A stretch of DNA of 64,000 nucleotides from the NCBI GenBank assembly GCA_022563595.1, contig JADFNB010000002.1:53510-117509 (forward strand), in the 5' to 3' direction. The notes under the pieces were generated by a model. The model saw nothing but the letters and a program-made list of their open reading frames with translations, had not been told where the DNA came from and searched no databases. Shown in pieces: positions 28,550-37,964 of this stretch (positions are counted from its first letter, which is position 1; the number at the start of each line of letters is the position of its first letter). This stretch comes from Gemmatimonadota bacterium. Its GTDB lineage: Bacteria; Gemmatimonadota; Gemmatimonadetes; Gemmatimonadales; GWC2-71-9. A program made the translations under genes and the position numbers.

Positions 28550-29326
28550 TCAATCGTTGCCGGGGGCTATTTCGACCGTAAACGGCGCGGTCAACACGAT
28601 CCGGATCGGCGCGCCCTCGGGCAGGACGATGTCGATGTCGCGTGTCGCCGCGGCTATGCCGGCGCCGGCCGCCGCTCCGGCGGCTGCGCCCACCACGGTT
28701 CCCGTACGGTTGCCGCCGATGATCCGGCCGGCGATGGCACCGACCACAGCACCGGCACCCACCTTGGCGGCATCACCGGCCGTGATGCCGCGACCCTTCA
28801 TGAAGGAACCGATACTGTCGGTCCGGGCCTGGATCTCGAATGTGTTCCCGCCGAACTGCACCCGGTTGAACGTCAGCACCAGACGCCCTTCCCCTCCCGG
28901 ATGCTCCGCGGGCGCGATATCGGAGATCGTTCCCATGAAGACAGCCGCCGGTGGGATCACGACCCGCCCTTCCGCGTCGAGCACCGCCTCGGCGTTGGTC
29001 GCCACAACCAGCTCGCCCTTTTCGTTATGTCTCGACGTCAGCGTGTCCGCGGCGGCAAGCATGATCACCGCACCCTCGGGAGCGACGATGGCGACGATTT
29101 CGGGCTCCGGTTCCGGGACCGGAGGCGGAACGTCCCGCCGGGGGCGCACCGGGGACGACCTGGGTTCTACCTGTTCCGGTTGGTCGGTCAGCGCCACAAC
29201 GGATTCGGCCGGCGCGAGGCTCAGATCGCGCGCCGTCTCGTCGCCAGCCGGTTCGGCATCGCCCGCACAGGCGGTGACGCCCACAGCGAGCAGTAGGGTG
29301 AGATAGGGATAAGGTGAGCGCAGCAT
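28550..29326 (-). CDS. Lipoprotein with C-terminal glycine-zipper segment
   Basis: Trimmed to MLRSPYPYLTLLLAVGVTAC (lipobox VTAC). The C-terminal part contains GAGAVVGAIAGRIIGG...GAAAGAAAGAGIAAA. Confidence 0.6.
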   Translation of the reverse strand: MLRSPYPYLTLLLAVGVTACAGDAEPAGDETARDLSLAPAESVVALTDQPEQVEPRSSPVRPRRDVPPPVPEPEPEIVAIVAPEGAVIMLAAADTLTSRHNEKGELVVATNAEAVLDAEGRVVIPPAAVFMGTISDIAPAEHPGGEGRLVLTFNRVQFGGNTFEIQARTDSIGSFMKGRGITAGDAAKVGAGAVVGAIAGRIIGGNRTGTVVGAAAGAAAGAGIAAATRDIDIVLPEGAPIRIVLTAPFTVEIAPGND

Positions 29327-29444
29327 GATGAGGTCTCCTCCGGAACGGCTCTCCCCGAACATCGGGGAGATACGACGGAATACTCATCCGGAGACGTGCC
29401 GCCCGCAAGCGCCCGTCCCTCCGCCTCCCGAGCTGTGCGGGGCG

Positions 29445-30173
29445 CTACAGTCGCGAGCGGAGAAACTCGGGAGTGAGATCCTCCAGACGCGAAGCGAGGA
29501 TCGTGAAGTAGCCAGTCGCGAGGAGCACGCCGACCAGAACCAACACCGCACCTGAGAGCTTGGTGACCACCGGGATGAAGCGACGGTAGCGCTGGAACCA
29601 CGACGTGAAGCTCTCGACCGCGAGCGCGGCTACGAGGAACGGCAGGCCCAGGCCGAGGGAATAGGTCAGCAAGAGAACGACACCCCGCCCCAGCGTAGCC
29701 GTGGCCGCCGTATAGGAGAGTACGGCGCCGAGAATCGGTCCGATGCACGGACTCCATCCCGCCCCGAAAGCCAACCCGACGAGCGCACTGCCCAGATATC
29801 CGAGCGGTTTGTCCTGGATCTGGAACCGTCGTTCGCGCGCGAAAACTCCGAACCGAAAGACGCCCAACAGGTACAACCCGAACACCACGATGAGGGCGCC
29901 GCCCGCCCGCTCCAGCCACACGCGGTGCTCCCGCAGGAGGGCTCCCACCGCGGTCGCCGACGCGCCCAAGAGCACGAAGATGACGGTGAATCCCAGTATG
30001 AACATGACGGCATGCGTCAGCGCGACCCAACGCCGCGTGCCGACCTCGTCGAGCGACAACCCCGTGATGAACGAGATGTAGCTCGGCACGAGTGGAAGCA
30101 CACAGGGCGACAGGAAGCTGAGCAGCCCCGCGAAGAACGCGACCGGTATACCGATGGATTCAGCGTCAATCAT
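29445..30173 (-). CDS. ccdA: Cytochrome c biogenesis / thiol-disulfide transporter CcdA (DsbD family)
   Basis: 242 aa, polytopic, with LSFLSPCVLPLVP and GWSPCIGP. Confidence 0.85.
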   Translation of the reverse strand: MIDAESIGIPVAFFAGLLSFLSPCVLPLVPSYISFITGLSLDEVGTRRWVALTHAVMFILGFTVIFVLLGASATAVGALLREHRVWLERAGGALIVVFGLYLLGVFRFGVFARERRFQIQDKPLGYLGSALVGLAFGAGWSPCIGPILGAVLSYTAATATLGRGVVLLLTYSLGLGLPFLVAALAVESFTSWFQRYRRFIPVVTKLSGAVLVLVGVLLATGYFTILASRLEDLTPEFLRSRL

Positions 30174-30212
30174 ATCCGACCATCCTAACGGCGGCGGGCA
30201 TGGCGAGGTTCC

Positions 30213-31157
30213 CTACGCGGCCCGCGAAGCTGCCTGAAAGAACCCGATGAGCTTGTAGACGAGCTTCGCGGCCAGGAAATCCGCAGCGACGTTCCCCGGG
30301 ATCGGCGCGAGTTCCACCACATCACACCCAACCACGTTCCGCTCGCGAAACACGCGTTCCAGCAGCCGGAGCGTAGGGTACCAGCCACCACCCCCGGGCT
30401 CGGGTGTGCCGGTCGACGGCACGATCGCCGGATCGAAGTAGTCGACATCGATCGTTACATACACATCCGGTCCGAGCGCGGCGACGGCCCGGTCGATCCA
30501 CGCGTCGCCTTCAAGCTCGTGCCCGAAGATGACCGGAATATGCTCGTCGCGGATCAACCGGCGTTCCTCGGCCGTGACCGACCGAATTCCCACAGGGACG
30601 AGATTCACGTGCTGCCTAACACGATACATGACGCACGCGTGCGAGAGCGGTGTCCCTTCATACTCTGCCCTGAGATCGGCGTGGGCATCGAGCTGCAGCA
30701 CCGAGAGAGGGCGTTCACCGAGGCGGTCGGCGTGCGCGAGGATGGGTGGGGCCGACACGCTGTGCTCGCCACCGAGCATGATCACGAACTTGCCGGTGCC
30801 GATCAGCGTGTCGCAGGCGTCCCGCAGCTCGTCCAATGCTTCCTTGGGGCCGGCGCCCGAGAGTTCGAGTGCCGGCAGAGTGTGGATTCCAACCGCGTAG
30901 GGCTCGGCATCGAGCGCGTGGTCGTACACTTCGAGGTACCGGGAGGCGTGCAGCAGTCCACGCGGCCCGAAGCGCGTGCCCGGAACGTAGGACACGGTCG
31001 CCTCGTAGGGGACCGGCAGGATCGCTACGCGGGCCCGCCCGAAATCGGTATGCTCGGCCGGCAACCCCAGGAAGTTCTCGCCGGGAGCCCAGGGAAGGTC
31101 GCGCAACTCCAGCGGCAGGTCACCCGCCACACCGCCCAGCCCACGGAACTCGTTCAT
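30213..31157 (-). CDS. speB: Agmatinase (arginase/ureohydrolase family)
   Basis: Trimmed to MNEFRGL (ATGA overlap with the pdaD stop). Mn-binding motifs GGEHSVS, LQLDAHADL and TIDVDYFDP. Confidence 0.85.
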   Translation of the reverse strand: MNEFRGLGGVAGDLPLELRDLPWAPGENFLGLPAEHTDFGRARVAILPVPYEATVSYVPGTRFGPRGLLHASRYLEVYDHALDAEPYAVGIHTLPALELSGAGPKEALDELRDACDTLIGTGKFVIMLGGEHSVSAPPILAHADRLGERPLSVLQLDAHADLRAEYEGTPLSHACVMYRVRQHVNLVPVGIRSVTAEERRLIRDEHIPVIFGHELEGDAWIDRAVAALGPDVYVTIDVDYFDPAIVPSTGTPEPGGGGWYPTLRLLERVFRERNVVGCDVVELAPIPGNVAADFLAAKLVYKLIGFFQAASRAA

Positions 31158-31699
31158 GCGCAGAACACGAGCGCGCTGACCACGGTTACCCACCGGCCGT
31201 CGTCCTGCGCCTCGGCCGTACAGCTCACGTTCGTGGAGTTCACGATCTCGCCTGAGACGAGCCACTGCTCTTTCCGCTCGTCCCACGCCTGCTCCGGATC
31301 AAACGGCACCCCGAGCACGGTGGCGAGCATGCTCGCGGCGAGATCTTCCGCATAGTCTCCCGCCGGGTCCTTCCGCTGCCCGAAGGCATGATGCTCCGAG
31401 ATGTAGCCATGATGGTCGGGGGCGGCGGGAATGGCCAGGCCGATGGATGCGGCAGCCAGGCGCGACGGCTCGTTGGTCTGCGCCTCGGCGACCACAGCGA
31501 AGACCACCTGGCCCGGCATCAGATTCTTCAGGCCGTCATCGCACGACACCAGCTCACAGTGTGGTGGAAAGATGCTGCTCACCCGAACCAGGTTGAACTG
31601 CGCAATACGTGCCTCGCGGAGAGCCTGCTCGAAGCTGGTCAGCTTCTCCTTGTGGCGCCCAACGCCCTTCGTGAGAAAGGCCTGGGTTGGCATGAACAT
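31154..31699 (-). CDS. pdaD: Pyruvoyl-dependent arginine decarboxylase
   Basis: Trimmed to MFMPTQAFLTKGVG. Self-cleavage context LVRVSSIFPP. Followed by agmatinase. Confidence 0.8.
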   Translation of the reverse strand: MFMPTQAFLTKGVGRHKEKLTSFEQALREARIAQFNLVRVSSIFPPHCELVSCDDGLKNLMPGQVVFAVVAEAQTNEPSRLAAASIGLAIPAAPDHHGYISEHHAFGQRKDPAGDYAEDLAASMLATVLGVPFDPEQAWDERKEQWLVSGEIVNSTNVSCTAEAQDDGRWVTVVSALVFCA

Positions 31700-31718
31700 A
31701 CGCGGATCGATCACCAGT

Positions 31719-32219
31719 CTACTCCCGGCTCGGCACCGATGTGGTCTGCAGGGTCGCCGCATCCCGACCCTGGCACTCGCCGCATACCCCGTAGATCTCC
31801 AGGCGGTGATGGTGCAGCCGAAACCCGTGTTCCTCGGCGGTGAGCGCGCTCATGCGCTCGAGCCGATCACTGGAGAACTCCACCACACGCCCGCATCCTG
31901 AGCAGATGAGATGGCCGTGTTGACTCTGGGCAGCCAGCGGCTCGTAGCGCTTGAACCCCTCGCCGAAGTCGTGCTCCTCGATCAACCCGGCCGTCGCCAG
32001 GAGTTCCAGCGTGCGGTAGATCGTGGCTTTGCCCACCTGCTCGCTGCGAATAGCCAGTCCGCGCTCGATATCCCCGACCGACAGGTGTTCGTCGGAGAAG
32101 AAGATCATCGAGGCCACGACCTCGCGCTGGTGTGTGACCGGCAGGTTGTGGTCCTGCAAGTAGCGCCGGAAGACGTCCAGGAGTGCCTGTCCGTCAATCG
32201 GCGGCGGTGGATTCGTCAT
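31719..32219 (-). CDS. Fur-family metalloregulator
   Basis: Trimmed to MTNPPPP. Winged-helix segment is ATIYRTLELLATAGL. Metal sites are HGHLICSGCG and HHHRLEIYGVCGEC. Confidence 0.8.
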   Translation of the reverse strand: MTNPPPPIDGQALLDVFRRYLQDHNLPVTHQREVVASMIFFSDEHLSVGDIERGLAIRSEQVGKATIYRTLELLATAGLIEEHDFGEGFKRYEPLAAQSQHGHLICSGCGRVVEFSSDRLERMSALTAEEHGFRLHHHRLEIYGVCGECQGRDAATLQTTSVPSRE

Positions 32220-32655
32220 CTGGCAGGTACCACAAGTCCGGGGCGATCTCGATGGGTGGCTCCGCCTCGCCCGCACGTTCCTGGACGCCGCGAATGACAT
32301 CCGGCACCACGTCATCCGGGCTCTCGCCGACTTCCTCGAGCGTCACCTGGGTCCGTCCACGCTCGCGCCCCCGCACCGTCAACATGTAGCTCGCCGTGTA
32401 CACGCGCACACGCCCCTCGGCCACACGGCGCGCCACCACCGCTGTTCCCCATTCTTGCTCGTCCCGGCGCACCGGGGGGAACAGCCAGATGCGCTCGATC
32501 CTTTGGGTCGGCATGGCGTCGGCAACGGCGTCCGCCACGCGTACCCACCCGAGGCCCAACCCCGCCGTCCGGACCGCCGCGGAGCCCCCCCAACCGAGGC
32601 CACCCACCGCAGCGGTCAGGCCGCGCGTGACAGGACCCGCCGGGTCTTCGCTCAT
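32194..32655 (-). CDS. Hypothetical protein
   Basis: Trimmed to MSEDPAGP. No recognisable family. Its 3' end overlaps the predicted Fur start by 26 nt, so one of the two boundaries is uncertain. Confidence 0.35.
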   Translation of the reverse strand: MSEDPAGPVTRGLTAAVGGLGWGGSAAVRTAGLGLGWVRVADAVADAMPTQRIERIWLFPPVRRDEQEWGTAVVARRVAEGRVRVYTASYMLTVRGRERGRTQVTLEEVGESPDDVVPDVIRGVQERAGEAEPPIEIAPDLWYLPDDESTAAD

Positions 32656-32843
32656 TGTCTTGGCTCCGTGGGCGCCGCGCATCCCATCGCGAGCTGACCG
32701 TCGGCCGCCGTCGGATCAGGGGCGGTGCAACACCGTGATGGTTGGGCTGCGTCTAATTGGTTCACGCCTGCCGGTGCGGTTGAGGCGGACGCAAGATACC
32801 GGCGTTGAGAATCGGTTTCAACCCGAGGGGTGCCCAGGGTCGA

Positions 32844-35264
32844 TCAAAGGAGCGAGACCGGATCGCGATCGACGACGACCCGAACGGCGGCCCCGTGTTT
32901 CGTATGCGGCGCCCGCCGCGCTGCGTACCGGATGATGCGGCCCAGCAGGGACCGGTTGGTCGCGCGCAGGAGCAGGTGCCAACGCCACCGCCGTTTGATT
33001 CGGGCGATCGGTGCCGGCGCCGGACCGATCAGGTCGACCTCACCCGCGCTCCGCCGCTCGAGGAGCGAGCGCAGCCAATCGGCGACATCGACCGCGGCGC
33101 CGGCCACAACGTCCTGATCGGTACCGCTAACGACGATATTGGCTAGCCCGACGTGCGGCGGGTACGGGGGGGAGCGCCGCTGCTCCAGCTCGTGCTCGGC
33201 AAACGTCTCGAAGTCGTGTGCCGCAGCCGCCGTCAGCGCGACGTGCTGGGGACTGCGGGTCTGCACGATCACCTCTCCACCGCGCGGGCCCCGTCCGGCC
33301 CGACCAGCGACTTGTGCGACGAGCTGGAAGGTACGCTCCGCTGCCCGGAAGTCGGGCAGGTGGAGGCCCGTGTCCGCATCGACTACGCCAACCAGCGTGA
33401 CCCCTGGGAAATCGAGACCTTTGGCGATCATCTGTGTGCCGAAGAGGATATCGACCTCGCCGCGATGCACGCTATCGAGGATGCGCTGATGAGACCACTT
33501 CCGCGCAGTGGTGTCCGCGTCCATCCTGACCAGCCGGGCCTGCGGGTACCGGGTCTCCAGCCAGCGCTCGAGGTGCTGCGTGCCGACCCCCCTTGTCTGC
33601 TGTGTCGGGTGCCCGCAAAGCCCGCATACCGGCGGGATAGCCTCGCAGTGGCCGCAGTAGTGGCACCGCAGCCCAGCCGGCGTCTGATGGACCGTCAGGG
33701 CGATACTGCAGTTCGGGCACTCGGTCACGGCGCCGCAGGCCGTGCATTGCAGGTAATGAGCGAAGCCACGGCGGTTGAGCAACAGGAACACCTGCTGGCC
33801 CGCCGCGAGACGCGCCTCGACCGCCTGATCGAGGTCCCGCGACCACGGAACCGGCCCGCTCTCCCGCACCCGCTCCGCCGTACGCAGGTCGACCAGACGG
33901 ACGGCGGGCAGCGGCAGGTCGGCCACGCGATCGGGAAGACGCACGACGACGATCCTCTCGCGGGCCGCCCAGGTTTCGAGTGACGGCGTCGCGCTCGCGA
34001 GGATGACCCGGGCACCCTGTATCCGCGCCCGCGCCATCGCAACCGCGCGCGCGTGGTACCGCGGCGCCTGGCCGTGCTTGTAGCTGGCATCGTGCTCCTC
34101 GTCGACGACTATCGCTGCGAGATGCCGCACCGGCGCAAAGACGGCCGATCGCGCACCGACGACGACGCGTCGCGTGCCGTCGAGCACGGCCCGCCACGCA
34201 TCGGCACGCTCGGCGTCCGACAGCGCGCTGTGCAGTACCGCCACATCGTCTCCGAACACGCCGCGCACCCGGGCGATTGTCTGGGGCGTGAGCGCTATCT
34301 CGGGCACGAGCACGATGGCGCCGCGGCCGGCGGCGACCTCCTCGCGGATAGCTTCCAGGTACGCCGCCGTCTTGCCGCTCCCGGTCACACCGAACAGCAG
34401 GCCGGCGCCGCCGGGCGGCAGCTCGGTCAACCGGGCTATGGCCTGCTGCTGAGCCGATGTCGGTGTGCCCGGGGGCTGGGACGCGACTCCGGAGAAGGGA
34501 TCGCGCAGGCGGGTGCGCTTCTCTATGCTAGCGAGACCGCGCGCCACCAGCCCCCGCAAGACGGCCGGCGAGAAGCCGAGCCGGTGGACACAGTGGCGCC
34601 AGGTCGCTTCTCCCCCCAAGGCGTCGAGCGCGTCGTACGCCACCCGCTGCTGCCTGGCCCGCCCGAAGGCTTGGTCTCGGGCCAGCAGCGATGGCAGCGA
34701 GCGCGTGAGCACGATGACTCGTTCGGTTCCCGCCGCCGGCCCGAGATCGGGCGGCTCGGTCTCCAACGAGACCGTCCCGGCGCGGGCGAGCCGTTGCAAC
34801 GCGTCCCAAACCGGGCGCTTCAGCGATCGCGCCAGCCGTGCAGCGCTCGCCCGGCCGCCGAGCCGTTCCAGCGCCTCCAGCACGTCGCGGCTGGCGCCAC
34901 CCGGCGCCGTCTCCGGGGCGCGTACCTCGGCTACGAGACGCGAGCTTCCCCACAACGCCGCCGGCAGGATGGCCCGCAGCGTGATGCCGATCGGGGTTGC
35001 GTAGTACTGCGATACCCAGTGCGCCAGCTCGAGCAGCGCCGGTGGGACTATCGCTTCCGTGTCCGGCACCAGGAGCACCGGTTTCAGGCCGTCACCGTTG
35101 TCTTCGTCTAGCGCCGTGACCACCCCGACGAGCGCGCGGGTCCTGACGGGTACCACGACTCGGGTACCGGGGATGACGCGGTCGGCGAGCCCGCGCGGGA
35201 CGCGATAGCGGTAGGGCTGCGCCGCCGGAAGTGGCAGCGCGACGGAACAGGTCTCTGGAATCAC
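32844..35264 (-). CDS. priA: Primosomal protein N' (replication restart helicase PriA)
   Basis: Trimmed to the GTG at 35264 (GTGA overlap with the methyltransferase stop). Walker A is LFGVTGSGKT. DEEH box is VVDEEHDASYK. Zn-binding Cys cluster is CTACGAVTECPNC...CHYCGHC...CGLCG. Confidence 0.9.
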   Translation of the reverse strand: MIPETCSVALPLPAAQPYRYRVPRGLADRVIPGTRVVVPVRTRALVGVVTALDEDNGDGLKPVLLVPDTEAIVPPALLELAHWVSQYYATPIGITLRAILPAALWGSSRLVAEVRAPETAPGGASRDVLEALERLGGRASAARLARSLKRPVWDALQRLARAGTVSLETEPPDLGPAAGTERVIVLTRSLPSLLARDQAFGRARQQRVAYDALDALGGEATWRHCVHRLGFSPAVLRGLVARGLASIEKRTRLRDPFSGVASQPPGTPTSAQQQAIARLTELPPGGAGLLFGVTGSGKTAAYLEAIREEVAAGRGAIVLVPEIALTPQTIARVRGVFGDDVAVLHSALSDAERADAWRAVLDGTRRVVVGARSAVFAPVRHLAAIVVDEEHDASYKHGQAPRYHARAVAMARARIQGARVILASATPSLETWAARERIVVVRLPDRVADLPLPAVRLVDLRTAERVRESGPVPWSRDLDQAVEARLAAGQQVFLLLNRRGFAHYLQCTACGAVTECPNCSIALTVHQTPAGLRCHYCGHCEAIPPVCGLCGHPTQQTRGVGTQHLERWLETRYPQARLVRMDADTTARKWSHQRILDSVHRGEVDILFGTQMIAKGLDFPGVTLVGVVDADTGLHLPDFRAAERTFQLVAQVAGRAGRGPRGGEVIVQTRSPQHVALTAAAAHDFETFAEHELEQRRSPPYPPHVGLANIVVSGTDQDVVAGAAVDVADWLRSLLERRSAGEVDLIGPAPAPIARIKRRWRWHLLLRATNRSLLGRIIRYAARRAPHTKHGAAVRVVVDRDPVSLL

Positions 35265-36010
35265 GCGTACGGCCAGCGCGTGCCTCTGATCATGGACAAT
35301 CCGAGGACGCGGGTGCGGGCCAGTTTTCGCAGGGATCGCATCTCGCGGCCCAACACAATGCCTACGCCGCGCCAGCGCGCCGCCCGCCACCCACGAATCA
35401 GGAGGCCGAGCCACTCGGGCGCGATCCAGCGGCCATCGTGCGCGGCGTCCTCCACGGTCAGCTCCACGAGCCCCGCCTCACGCATGTAGTTCTTCCACTC
35501 GACCAGCAGATGCGGGCGGATGCCGAGCTTCGCGACATCCGCCGCGTCCGCAGGGGCGGGCGTGCTGAACCACGACGGGACGAGCACCACAACGACGCTC
35601 ATCGGCCGTGCGACGCGGGCGGCCTGCGCGAATACCTCCCGCCCGTCCGCACCGGAGAGGTACAGCATGTTGACCACGGTGAGATCGAACACATCGGCCT
35701 CGTGGGGCAGGTTCTCGGCGTCACTCGCCTGCAAAGTGACGAGCCGGGCGAGATCCGCGTCACGTGCCGCGGCGTCGGCCGTCTCGATCGCCCGCGCATC
35801 CGGATCCACACCCTCTATCCGCGTACCGAACCGTTCCGCCCACCACAGCACCGAGCGTCCCGAACCACATCCGACCCACAACGCCTCGCAGCCCGGCGCG
35901 CCGTCGGCGAGCCTTGCGATGCGTTCGTCAATGGACTCGGCGACTTCCGCCCACGGCTGGAGGATAGCCATCAGAGTCGACGGCGAGAGCCGGCCGGCTC
36001 CGACGGTCAT
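35261..36010 (-). CDS. Class I SAM-dependent methyltransferase
   Basis: Trimmed to MTVGAGRLS. Motif I is LWVGCGSGRS, followed by an acidic loop (VDPD). Confidence 0.7.
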   Translation of the reverse strand: MTVGAGRLSPSTLMAILQPWAEVAESIDERIARLADGAPGCEALWVGCGSGRSVLWWAERFGTRIEGVDPDARAIETADAAARDADLARLVTLQASDAENLPHEADVFDLTVVNMLYLSGADGREVFAQAARVARPMSVVVVLVPSWFSTPAPADAADVAKLGIRPHLLVEWKNYMREAGLVELTVEDAAHDGRWIAPEWLGLLIRGWRAARWRGVGIVLGREMRSLRKLARTRVLGLSMIRGTRWPYA

Positions 36011-36020
36011 GGTGTGACGC

Positions 36021-36935
36021 TCACATCGCCTCCAAGTGCGCCACGGCCGCCGCCGCGACGCGCTCCGGCGCGTAGCCACCCTCGAGCACCGACCCGATCG
36101 GCGCGCCGAGTCCGCGCCAGCGTCGCACCCACCCGGCATAATCCTCCGGCTCCAGCGTGAAACCGCCGAGGGGGTCGCCCGCCATAGCGTCGAACCCTGC
36201 GGAGATGAGGATCAGTTGCGGCGGCCACCGCTCGGTGGCGCGGGCAACCGCATCATCCAGCTCGGCGACGTAACGTGCGCGGTCGAGCCCCGGAGGCAGC
36301 GGGACGTTGAACACGTTCCCTACCCCGTGCTCCTCTGCACGGCCGGTCCCTGGATACCACGGCCACTGATGGAGCGACACGTAGCGAACACGGGGCTCCC
36401 CCTCGACGATCGCCTGCGTGCCGTTGCCATGGTGGACGTCCCAATCGACGATCAACACGCGATCGAGGTCCAACTCGTGGATTGCCGCCAGCGCCGCCAT
36501 GGCGACGTTGCTTACCAGGCAGAACCCCATCGCCCGCGTCGCCGCCGCGTGATGCCCCGGCGGCCGAACGGCCGCAAACGCCGGAACGCCGGCGAGCGCC
36601 GACCGCATGACCGCCACAGCAGCGCCGGCAGCGTGGAGCGCGGCCACGTAGCTGTTCGGGCTCACTACCGTATCGGAATCGATGACGGCACCACCACCAT
36701 CCGCCAGTCGTTGGAGGGTGTCGAGGTAATCCCGCGGATGTACGCGTTCCAGCGCAGCCGCGTCAGCGGCGGGAGCCTCGCAGTCGACGACCCGCTCCGC
36801 GATCGGTCCGGCTTGAAGCGCGGCGAGAATGGCGCGCACCCGCTCCGGCGATTCCGGATGGGTCGGACCGGTAGCGTGCAGCAGCGAACTCGGATGCGAG
36901 TACACGCGAATCGGAGGGACGGAGACGTCAGGCAT
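36021..36935 (-). CDS. Histone deacetylase-family (acetoin utilisation / acetylpolyamine amidohydrolase-like) protein
   Basis: Trimmed to MPDVSVPPIRVYSHP. Contains RPPGHHA, DWDVHHGNGTQ and GFDAMAGDPLG. Confidence 0.85.
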   Translation of the reverse strand: MPDVSVPPIRVYSHPSSLLHATGPTHPESPERVRAILAALQAGPIAERVVDCEAPAADAAALERVHPRDYLDTLQRLADGGGAVIDSDTVVSPNSYVAALHAAGAAVAVMRSALAGVPAFAAVRPPGHHAAATRAMGFCLVSNVAMAALAAIHELDLDRVLIVDWDVHHGNGTQAIVEGEPRVRYVSLHQWPWYPGTGRAEEHGVGNVFNVPLPPGLDRARYVAELDDAVARATERWPPQLILISAGFDAMAGDPLGGFTLEPEDYAGWVRRWRGLGAPIGSVLEGGYAPERVAAAAVAHLEAM

Positions 36936-36957
36936 TGGGGGGAGCGCACCGGCTCGC

Positions 36958-37236
36958 TCAGTTGCGGGCGTCCTGGATCGTTCGGCTGATGCGGCTGATC
37001 TCGCGTCGCAGCGCGGCGCGCGCCTCATCGAGTTCACCGAGTCGCACGAGGTGGCGGCGCCACAACAGGGTGACGCCCACGGCACCGGCCGCAAACACGA
37101 CGCTCCAAACGAGGAACGCCGGTCGGGCCAGCCAAACGCCGGCCAGGGCGAGCAACACGGCGTCGAGCAGCAGAAACCCCGCCGCGAAGATCAAGAGCGC
37201 CCGGCCGGACCGCCGACCACCCACACCCGGAGTCAC
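36958..37236 (-). CDS. Small membrane protein (2 TM) with C-terminal helical tail
   Basis: GTG at 37236 overlaps the upstream stop (GTGA). Contains LLIFAAGFLLLDAVLLALAGVWL and FLVWSVVFAAGAVGVTLLW, followed by LGELDEARAALRREISRI. Confidence 0.5.
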   Translation of the reverse strand: MTPGVGGRRSGRALLIFAAGFLLLDAVLLALAGVWLARPAFLVWSVVFAAGAVGVTLLWRRHLVRLGELDEARAALRREISRISRTIQDARN

Positions 37237-37496
37237 CGCACCGGCCGTCGCCGGATCGGGAGCACGATCATCGGTGCCCCGTCCGGGAGATTCAAGTCCG
37301 CGACGCGGCACCGCTCGTCGAGCATCAAGGCGCCGCGGTACTTGACCTCGTATATCGACGGATCCGGCTGCCACCCCAGCGCGAGCCGGAGGGCCTGCTG
37401 TTTGAGTTCGGCGATAGTCATCTCCGCTCCGGCGACGACAGTGACCGTATCCCACGCGTCGGTGACCGTCACGCGCAGCTTCGTCGTGGCCGTCAC
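37233..37496 (-). CDS. Small soluble protein with ubiquitin-like (beta-grasp) sequence pattern
   Basis: GTG at 37496 overlaps the upstream stop (GTGA). By eye, KLRVTVTDAWDTVTVVAGAEMTIAELKQQAL...YEVKYRGALMLDERCRVADLNLPDGAPMIVL aligns with the ubiquitin beta1-beta2-alpha1...beta5 pattern. There is no C-terminal GG. Confidence 0.45.
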   Translation of the reverse strand: MTATTKLRVTVTDAWDTVTVVAGAEMTIAELKQQALRLALGWQPDPSIYEVKYRGALMLDERCRVADLNLPDGAPMIVLPIRRRPVR

Positions 37497-37765
37497 GCCC
37501 GCTCCTCGTCGCTCGCCGGCAGTGTCGAATAGAACCGGTCGATGGTCTGGTCGAACAAGAGCGACGATGCACGTACACGCGTTCCCGCCTCGGCTTCGAT
37601 GACGGCGATCGCGATCTCCTCCCCACCCTGCCCCCTGAATGTCGCGTAGGTGGGACCCTCTTGCTCGAGGAACGCGCCAAAATGGGGAACGCGCTCGGCG
37701 AAGAACTCCTTGGCTCGTCGCAACACTTCGTCGCCGGACAACGATGTCATCGTTTCGTGAACCAC
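37493..37765 (-). CDS. Hypothetical small protein
   Basis: The GTG at 37765 is preceded by GGAGGG with 8-nt spacing (alternative ATG at 37750). Sequence begins VVHETMTSLSGDEVLRRAKEFF. No family recognised. Confidence 0.4.
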   Translation of the reverse strand: MVHETMTSLSGDEVLRRAKEFFAERVPHFGAFLEQEGPTYATFRGQGGEEIAIAVIEAEAGTRVRASSLLFDQTIDRFYSTLPASDEERA

Positions 37766-37964
37766 ATCGATCTCCCTCCGGTGCCGCTTGCCAAACGGCA
37801 GGCACCACACCCGCAAAGCTAACGCCATCCGCCTCTTTCCAACCAGCCCGCCATTCCAGCCACCGGTCGGAAGCCCACACGCAGGACGGTCACGAGAATC
37901 CGATCGACGGGCCGTGCGATGGCGGGAGGCGGACGGCCGGCGGCGCTGGCGGCGGCAAGATGCG

